Assembly (NCBI GenBank): GCA_963553085.1
Contig: CAUVLR010000001.1
Coordinates: 5,342 to 69,341 of the forward strand
Origin: an uncultured Candidatus Saccharibacteria bacterium
GTDB lineage: Bacteria; Patescibacteriota; Saccharimonadia; Saccharimonadales; Saccharimonadaceae
Reading direction: 5' to 3'
DNA: 64,000 nucleotides
Part shown: positions 1 through 7,100 of the stretch, in pieces
How the letters are laid out: the number at the start of each line of letters is the position of its first letter
How positions within the stretch are numbered: the stretch's first letter is position 1
The notes under the pieces: generated by a model
What the model was told of the DNA's origin: nothing
The model's input: the letters and a program-made list of their open reading frames with translations, nothing else
Database searches by the model: none
Program-made: the position numbers and the translations under genes

Positions 1-158
1 CTGGCGTATTAGAATCCCCATCTAGGACAAGGCGGGTGCTCGCAATAACTAACCACGGTTAGCTACCATTAGAGCCCCTTTCTAATGCGTCGTTAGGAAA
101 TAAACTACAGGCTAGACCTAACCTAATTATATCATTGACTGGCAAATTACCCACCACC

Positions 159-818
159 CTAGAGGCCGAACCACTTGGCGACGACGGTGAAGCAGCCCTC
201 TGCCCCTCGAGCGATATTGATCACTAGTCCGCTCACAATCGTCCCGGCTAATAATACGACCAGGAAAACCACCGCCACGCCGTACCGTTCCATCTTATCC
301 ATCACTCGCCTAGCTCCCGGCGGAGCAAAAGCATAGAGCAAGCGTGAGCCATCTAGCGGTGGTATAGGTAGCAGATTAAAGGCAAAGAGGCTCAAGTTGA
401 TTACTTCCGCTTGACCGATGAGCTGACCTGCTAGACTAGCTTGGTCAACCCGTAGACACCTAGAGATGATAAAGCAAATAAAAGCTAGCACTAGGTTGGT
501 CAGCGGTCCTGCTAGTGCGACTAGGGCGGCACCCCAGTCGCCACCTTTTAGCCGCTTGGTGTTTATCGGCACTGGCTTAGCCCCGCCGAAGATCGGCATC
601 GGCGTGCCCGAGGCGGTTGCCAGTATGGCGAGTGCCGGCAGTACGATGGTCAGGTAGGGGTCGATATGAGGTGCCGGGTTAAGCGTCAGACGCCCTTCCT
701 GCTTGGCTGTGTCATCACCCAGCCAGTGCGCCACCAGTCCGTGCATTATCTCATGCAAGACTAACGACACTAGAGTGACGCCTAGGGTGGTGCCTAGGAC
801 AATGACCGTGGCTATCAT
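159..818 (-). CDS. Site-2 protease family (peptidase M50) membrane zinc metalloprotease
   Basis: 219-aa hydrophobic ORF with HExxH motif (LHEIMHGLVAH) and a downstream NLLPIPPLDGSRL motif typical of M50/S2P. Confidence 0.85.
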   Translation of the reverse strand: MIATVIVLGTTLGVTLVSLVLHEIMHGLVAHWLGDDTAKQEGRLTLNPAPHIDPYLTIVLPALAILATASGTPMPIFGGAKPVPINTKRLKGGDWGAALVALAGPLTNLVLAFICFIISRCLRVDQASLAGQLIGQAEVINLSLFAFNLLPIPPLDGSRLLYAFAPPGARRVMDKMERYGVAVVFLVVLLAGTIVSGLVINIARGAEGCFTVVAKWFGL

Positions 819-825
819 GGCTACA

Positions 826-834
826 ATTATATCA
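826..834 (-). promoter_or_regulatory. Extended -10 box TGATATAAT, 7 nt upstream of the ATG at 818 (leaderless-type promoter)
   Basis: Reverse complement of 826-834 reads TGATATAAT. No Shine-Dalgarno sequence fits in the 7-nt gap. Confidence 0.55.
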
Positions 835-876
835 TTGCCCTCTCTTCTATGATCCGCCCTCGTAACTCACAGCAAA

Positions 877-939
877 GTCTGTAATTTCCCTATACGCATA
901 GCTTGAGTGGGTACGAGTAGTACAGGTGGTCTCCTCAGG
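877..939 (-). repeat. Arm repeat: inverted solo copy of the elA 3' arm and terminus (left inverted repeat of composite locus 1)
   Basis: TCTGTAATTTCCC...GTACGAGTAGTACAGGTGGTCTCCTCAGGC is the near-exact reverse complement of 1243-1306. Confidence 0.85.
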
Positions 940-962
940 CTCTGCTACTTAGCAACCCCCAC

Positions 963-1063
963 TCTTCGTCTCGTCATCATTTCCTTCAGACCCGCCCGGC
1001 TGGCTCGTGCACTGCTGAGCTTCAAGCGTGCACAGTCTTCAGGAAATGACTGACGCAGACGAA
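963..1063 (+). repeat. hpB copy 1: 101-nt imperfect hairpin repeat
   Basis: CTTCGTCT..CATTTCCTTCAGAC pairs with GTCTTCAGGAAATG..AGACGAAG. Apical stem is GTGCAC/GTGCAC. Four more copies are in the window. Confidence 0.85.
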
Positions 1064-1100
1064 GGACGAAAGACACCCTTTGAGTTGTAAGGAAAGCTAT

Positions 1101-1306
1101 GTCTGTAATTTCCCCGGTCTCATTCCATAGTTGGACCTCAATCTAAGTAAACATTCCCGGGTACGAGCAGTACAGTGTGGTTGACGAAGGCTGTTGATAT
1201 ATCAGTAAGCTAGCAATTGCCAGTGGTACTCGCTACGTCGCCAGGCCTGAGGAGACCACCTGTACTGCTCGTGTGTCAAAGAGTTATGTGTATGGGGAAA
1301 TTACAG
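1101..1306 (+). repeat. elA copy 1 (short form, 206 nt): structured repeat closed by its termini
   Basis: TCTGTAATTTCCCC (5' end) pairs with GGGGAAATTACAGA (3' end). Inner arms GGTACGAGCAGTACAGTGTGGT and ACCACCTGTACTGCTCGT also pair. Confidence 0.85.
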
Positions 1307-1354
1307 ATATGATATATAAATGAAAGATTAACGAAGAAGCTTAATGCGCACATC

Positions 1355-1384
1355 TTGACTGCTCGCTATACAACCTTGTATACT
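1355..1384 (+). promoter_or_regulatory. Candidate sigma-70 promoter for rpmB
   Basis: TTGACT (1355-1360), 18-nt spacer, TATACT (1379-1384). AAGGAG Shine-Dalgarno at about 1401 before the ATG at 1414. Confidence 0.45.
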
Positions 1385-1413
1385 TTAGTCAAGTAAAACA
1401 AGGAGATTTAACT

Positions 1414-1629
1414 ATGGCAAAGGACCAGATTACCGGTAAACACGCCATGAGTGGCAATAATGTCAGCTTCTCAATGCGTCATACCAAGCGTAAGTTTAAG
1501 CCAAATTTACAGCGTAAGACTTTCTATGTGAACGGTCAGAAGGTGCGTCTGCTGGTAGCGACCAGTACTATCAAGACACTTAAGAAGAAGGGGTTCGCCA
1601 CTCAGCCGGAAGAAACCGGCAAGAAATAG
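1414..1629 (+). CDS. rpmB: 50S ribosomal protein L28
   Basis: 71 aa. N-terminus MAKDQITGKHAMSGNNVSFSMRHTKRKFKPNLQ matches the L28 pattern. Confidence 0.9.
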   Translation: MAKDQITGKHAMSGNNVSFSMRHTKRKFKPNLQRKTFYVNGQKVRLLVATSTIKTLKKKGFATQPEETGKK

Positions 1630-1653
1630 CCGGTAGCCCGACAAGATCAGAGA

Positions 1654-1680
1654 AATAGCCTCTCCCGGTGAGAGGCTATT
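1654..1680 (+). terminator. Hairpin terminator candidate after rpmB
   Basis: AATAGCCTCTC-CCGGT-GAGAGGCTATT is a perfect 11-bp stem. The downstream T-run is weak. Confidence 0.5.
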
Positions 1681-1739
1681 ATTGTCATACTAACTACACT
1701 CTACGGTAGTAGAGAGCGATCTTCTTACCGCAGCACCCG

Positions 1740-2378
1740 CTACTTAGTCCGACTAAGCTCATAGGTGGTCATATTGGCAGGCAGGCTCGCCCCTGTCTTT
1801 AGCTTGTAGACGGTTTGCTTCTCGATATTGCTATTGCCCATCTCTTTCTCCAGAGCAGCCAGGCTCTCTTGTGGCACTTCATACTTAGTCTGACCGTCAT
1901 CGTAGTGGGTCGGGATGACTACGCTGGGGCTGATCTGGCGAACGATCGTAGCGGCATCTTGAGCGTCAAGGGTGTAGCCACCGCCTCCGACCGGGACAAC
2001 GGCGATATCTATCTGACCGAGCATCTCCAGATCGTCATCCGTTAGAGGCGCAACCGTATGACCAATGATGGCGATCGCCACGCCCATGGTCTCGATCCGG
2101 TACATTACCGCATCCTGGGCATGCTCATCTTCGGCTAAGTGTGCCGGTACGGCGATGCCTCGCACGCTGACGTCACGATGCTCATACTCACCCGGCATAT
2201 CAATAACGAAGCCCTTGGCTTCTCCCTCGGCAGGAGCAAAAGCAGGCTGAGTCGCCAGTATTACTGCTTCGGGGTTCTGAGCTTCTTTAGCCTGAGCGTT
2301 AGCCGTCGGGTCAACGACGATCAGGGCATTCTTATCCTTAATCACCACACAGTTAGCACCCCTATAATCAATCTCCAT
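1740..2378 (-). CDS. MBL-fold metal-dependent hydrolase (UPF0173-like)
   Basis: Beta-lactamase-fold-like pattern. Start chosen at MEIDY (ATG at 2378), preceded by GGAGGAG. The ORF track extends to 2408. Confidence 0.55.
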   Translation of the reverse strand: MEIDYRGANCVVIKDKNALIVVDPTANAQAKEAQNPEAVILATQPAFAPAEGEAKGFVIDMPGEYEHRDVSVRGIAVPAHLAEDEHAQDAVMYRIETMGVAIAIIGHTVAPLTDDDLEMLGQIDIAVVPVGGGGYTLDAQDAATIVRQISPSVVIPTHYDDGQTKYEVPQESLAALEKEMGNSNIEKQTVYKLKTGASLPANMTTYELSRTK

Positions 2379-3009
2379 GTTTACTCCTCCTCGCCTCAGC
2401 CTGATCATTAACGCCAGGATAATCCACCAGTATGCCGGCGTCGTCCAGCACCGTAATATGCTTTGATTCTAGCACATTTAGGACGAACTTGTCACGGATG
2501 CTTAGTCGGTAGTCCAGGTCGTCCAGGCTCATGATGGTGTAATTAAGCGATGAACCCGTCTCTCGCTCTAGTACCTTGATCAAGCTCTTGACCTTAGTTT
2601 CGTCCAGCTGATTACCCGCTACTACCAGGTCAATCTTGCTATCCGACTCGTAGACCATCACGCCCGAGAAGACCACCTCGCTCACCCCCTTGATCGCTCG
2701 GAAGCGGGTCGCCCAATCGCCGGTCGAGACCCTGGCGCCACTAACTACAGCTTGGTCGTTGGCAAACATGTCTTTAAGCGAAGCGAAGTAGCGAAACTTG
2801 GTGTCCGCCTGATAATACAGTCTGTTGTCGACCGACCGATCAGTGATAATGCCAATCCGCACCAGGTTAGCCAGCTCTCGACGCACGCTATTGATCTGCT
2901 CATTAATATTGCGAGTTATCTCTCTGACGTAAAACGAGCGATGCGGGTTATTCATAAACAAACCGAGAAGCTTCACCCGAGTCTTTGAGCCAAATAGTGC
3001 ATCTATCAT
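2368..3009 (-). CDS. Winged-helix transcriptional regulator-like protein
   Basis: N-terminus FGSKTRVKLLGLFMNNPHRSFYVREITRNINEQINSVRRELANLVRIGII resembles an ArsR/wHTH domain. ATG at 3009 preferred over TTG at 3012. Confidence 0.5.
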   Translation of the reverse strand: MIDALFGSKTRVKLLGLFMNNPHRSFYVREITRNINEQINSVRRELANLVRIGIITDRSVDNRLYYQADTKFRYFASLKDMFANDQAVVSGARVSTGDWATRFRAIKGVSEVVFSGVMVYESDSKIDLVVAGNQLDETKVKSLIKVLERETGSSLNYTIMSLDDLDYRLSIRDKFVLNVLESKHITVLDDAGILVDYPGVNDQAEARRSKHGD

Positions 3010-3016
3010 CAAGGCT

Positions 3017-3025
3017 ATTTTAACA
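3017..3025 (-). promoter_or_regulatory. Extended -10 box TGTTAAAAT, 7 nt upstream of the ATG at 3009
   Basis: Read directly on the minus strand. No Shine-Dalgarno sequence. Confidence 0.45.
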
Positions 3026-3031
3026 CCTCGG

Positions 3032-3955
3032 CTAGCTAAGGCAAAAACTTTTGTACTCAGACATTAGCTCGCCGGTAATCTGACTGGCAGGCGCACCGCT
3101 CGGGTTGTTCAGCTGATTAGTCAGCTCCGGTAAAGTGCGCCACATGATATCACTTGCCCAGCGAGGGTTGCGCCACCAAGTCAGCTGTTTTTTAACCAGC
3201 TGGCGGTCTTTGGTGCTGATCTGTTCTATCAGCTCAGCCTCGTGGATTTGCCCTGTCAGATATTTAGCCACCACACCATAAGAATTGCGTCGCAGTGGTT
3301 CGACCATACCATAGCGGGCTATCAGCCGCTCCGTCTCATCGATCAAGCCTCGCTCCAGCATCTGCTCGGCTCGCTCGCTGATGCGCTGAGATAATTTTTC
3401 TTTATCCACCGCTATACCGATCACTATCGTCTGCCTACTTAGATGCCCACAATTATTGCTCACCCCACCCGTCTCCAGACTGCGGACTAGTCGTCGCTTG
3501 TTATCGAGGTCTCGGGGTAGCTTAGCGCCTCGCTTGATCGCTAACCGATGTAGCTCATCGGGCGGTAGCTTCTCTAGCTCAGCCCTCGTAGTCGGATCAT
3601 AGTCGCCACCGGCTAGCCGATAATCGTAGATAACGCTATTGATGTATAGCCCCGAGCCGCCCACCAGTAGCGGCACATGCTGACGCTGACGAATCTCAGC
3701 GATCTTAGCCATAGCATAACGCTGGAAGTCATATAGGCTGTAGCGCTGGTCCGGCTCAATCAGGTCTAGCCCCCAGTGTGGCACGCCCGCCCGCTCCGGC
3801 TCAGTCGGCTTCGCCGTACCGATATCCATCCCTCGGTAGACCGTCCGACTATCAGCGCAGATCACCTCACCACCGATCAGCCGAGCTAGCCGAATAGCAT
3901 AGGCAGTCTTGCCGCTGGCGGTCGGTCCTAAGATAACGATCAGTGGTAACTCCAT
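3032..3955 (-). CDS. miaA: tRNA dimethylallyltransferase
   Basis: P-loop LGPTASGKT followed by ICADSRTVYRGMDIGTAKPT, the characteristic MiaA N-terminus. Confidence 0.9.
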   Translation of the reverse strand: MELPLIVILGPTASGKTAYAIRLARLIGGEVICADSRTVYRGMDIGTAKPTEPERAGVPHWGLDLIEPDQRYSLYDFQRYAMAKIAEIRQRQHVPLLVGGSGLYINSVIYDYRLAGGDYDPTTRAELEKLPPDELHRLAIKRGAKLPRDLDNKRRLVRSLETGGVSNNCGHLSRQTIVIGIAVDKEKLSQRISERAEQMLERGLIDETERLIARYGMVEPLRRNSYGVVAKYLTGQIHEAELIEQISTKDRQLVKKQLTWWRNPRWASDIMWRTLPELTNQLNNPSGAPASQITGELMSEYKSFCLS

Positions 3956-4106
3956 GTCTTATATGGTAGCAAATGAGTAGCTTTATTTGTGAGATAAGGG
4001 CGAGAATATCGCCCGCCGGCATATTGCGTCCCGCCTAATCGCCTGATATATTGTTAGCATAAGGTTATTAGGTTAACTGAAAATAAAAACAAGCGGAGGT
4101 AAAAAG

Positions 4107-7100
4107 ATGAAAGTTGTTGACCGGGTCAGTAAGATCAGACCTATTAAGTCGTGGTGTGGTCTGAAGCAAGCCCTCACCGCCACCACGCTAGCTCTCTTCA
4201 GCGTGCTATTGATGACCAGCCCGGTGATAGCTGTCTGCCAGAGAGACATCACCGGCAAACAGACCGGCCAGCCGGTCAGCGAGGATCACACCAGCAATGT
4301 CATCCAGCTGATTCATCTGGCTCACACCGCCAATACATTTAACACCGAGTATGGTGCGTATAGCAATAAAGATAGCAACTATGCCGGTACGACCATCGCC
4401 CTACTCAGGAACGGCAAGGTGTACAGCTGGGGCAACAATATCTATGGTGGCGTTGGCAACAATACCACTTGTACTATGACCAGCAACGTTTACCTCAAAC
4501 GGCCACCCTGCTACTATAACCAGCCACAAGATATCACTAAATATTTCGGCAACGACAAGGTGGCCAAGCTAGCTAACCGTAGCCAACGAGCTATCGCTAT
4601 CACCGAGTCGGGCAAGATATACCGCTGGGGACAACCTCCGCTAGACGAAGATGGAAAGGATATAATCAGACACCCCACTCAATATCAGGAACTAGCTCCT
4701 TACCATATCATCGGCTATAGCGGGACCGACCGCGGAGGTCCGGGGACTGTCGGTGGAGGTTGGTATGCTTACAGCGACGACACTATCTTTGACATAAGCG
4801 ACGACAAAGTAAGCATGATCAAGCCTCAGCTGAACGGAGCCACTATCAGATCAGTCGACTGTGTTTGGCGCACAAAGGAGTTCCAGCCTGACAATCCGGA
4901 TAAAGACGAGGGTGGTCTCTATGTACTCACTTCCACCAATAAGCTCCTCAGAGTTCAGGACGACGGCAAGACGACCGAAATAACCAACTCTGAAATAGCC
5001 AAGCGAGGCGGATTTAAGCAGATCTATCATTACTACGCCATCGACCATCAAGGTGGACTCTGGCTCTATGGTCATCCCAAATACGAAGGTGAGTCTACTC
5101 TAGTCGACATGCATCCTAGGCTGGTCGGCTCGATCGGCACCAATCTACCGGCGTTGCAAGAGTTCGTTAACTCTAACGGCGTAGAAATCTCTTCATCTAC
5201 TAAGCGAGACCCTATTGTCCGAGGTGTCGACAATCATTTCTACTATCTGGCCACCTACTACACCAATGAATCAAGACTAATGCTCAATCCTATCGATATC
5301 ACCGCCAGTACTAAACACCAGAATATCAGACTGTTTCATGGTGATGCAGGTGCCGTGAATGACAAGACGCCACTAGAGATAGCGACAGACTACAGCAATC
5401 AATTATTCTATGATTACTCCTTCATCCCCGAGGGCAGCGATACTGACCTAGTCTGTACTACCGCTGAAGGTTTGTCGATGCACCATGAGATTATAGGCGA
5501 AGATCCTTCCCTCAATCTCACCCCGACCCTCCCCTTACGCCAGCAACCGAAACAAGATAAAACCGGCGACACTGCTCCGACCTGTGTCAAGATACCTTCT
5601 GATAAACCGAAGCCGGATCCGATCAAACCGCCCACGCCTAATACACCTAATCAGCCCAAGCTGCCCGGCGTACCTAATACCGGACTAAGAGACGACAAGG
5701 TCGTTCAGCTGGTTCACTCACCCGCCACATTTGACTACTATGGCGAGCAGAAGCATGGTATGGGCACCTGGCGAGACCAAGACTACGCCGGCACGACTGT
5801 CGTGCTGACCGAAAGCGGCAAGCTGTATGCCTGGGGTAATAACATTGCGGGCGGAGTCGGTAACGGCACCGGCTACGGTGCGACGTCTAACAAGAAGCCG
5901 CCCGTCTACTACAGTGACCCCCAGGATATCACCAGATTCTTTAACGGCGACAAGATCGTCAAGCTGGTAAATCACCGCCATGCGTTTGCAGCCATCACCA
6001 GCTCCGGCAAAGTATACTACTGGGGACACGGACTGTTCGATAAAGACAGGAAACCCATCATACATCCGGTCACACTGAGCGAGCTGTCACCCTATCACAT
6101 CATTGGCTTCGGTAGAGACATAGATCCCGGCAACTATAACGGCTCCTCTTCCTATGTAGCTAGTCATCCTGACAACATGAGTGATTGTCTTGCCTTTAGC
6201 AAGGATACCATCTTTGTTCTAGATTGTTACAGGTATACAAGCCGGCTCCAGTACCACGACGAGGCAAAGAACCGGATCAAGCCACAGCTCAGTAGTGGCG
6301 CCACTATCCTCGACGTCGATCACATCACGCGTCGCACCCCCACAGCAGAAGAGCCCGAGCCGGATAAGGGAGGCTACTACGCCCTAACCTCCGATCACAA
6401 GTTGCTGAGGGTGCTGGAAGACGGTACCACCAGCGAGATAACCAACTCGGAGATCAAAAAGCGAGGCGGGTTCAAACAATTATCTTATGCCGGTCATTAT
6501 GCCATCGACAGACAGGGTGGTCTATGGTACTACGGCTACCGAGAGGGCAATGACTCTATCCACGATATGGCAAAGATATCAACTAGTGGTAAATTACCTC
6601 ACCTAGATAGCTTCTTTAATGTTCTCGGACCAGTCGCCCGTGGTGCCGATGGAGCGATCTACGCCATAACTGACACGCACATCAATAGCCCCAATCAGTA
6701 CTTCGTGGGCAGGAGCGTTGACCCGATAGACGTCGGCACCCTGCTCGGCGGTAAGCAGAAGATTAAGCTCCTCAGTGGCGAGGTAGAGACAAGGTACCGG
6801 GGAGATTCAGGCTATACTAATGACTACTACCCTCCCAAAGATCTTCCCTTCTATGACTTCGCCTTCGTGCCACAGAGTCAGCCTGATACTGTCTGTGTCG
6901 GGCTGAGTGGCGCCGCCTACAACCGAATCCATGGCGAGAATAGAGGTCCTCTATTTGAGACCATCCAGCCGGTCGATGGCACACTACCATCCACCTGCGT
7001 CAAACTGCCACCGTGGAATGACGGCAAGTCAAACCCGTCACCCGTACCCGGCGCACCCACTACGTCCAAAGCGCCCGGTGTACCTAATACCGGCAGCCAG

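Noticed and set aside
1-100. TPP-riboswitch-like layout (GGGGCTC / stem-loop / ..GCGAGCACCC / CCTAGATGGGGATTCTAATACGCCAG) on the minus strand
   Set aside because: The invariant CUGAGA box is not present (UGCGAGC instead). The P5 hairpin (CUGG..CCAG) cannot form, and the sequence is truncated at the window edge.
877-939. dif-like Xer recombination site within the repeat termini (TTATGTGTATGGGGAAATTACAG)
   Set aside because: There is only loose resemblance (TTATGT) to the known dif arm consensus, and no 11-6-11 dyad could be aligned.
1243-1306. Hammerhead-ribozyme-like words (CTGAGGA ... GAAA) in the elA 3' arm
   Set aside because: The residue before GAAA and the helix partners do not fit the hammerhead core. 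No local stem II or stem III can be formed, and the arm pairs with the distant 5' arm instead.
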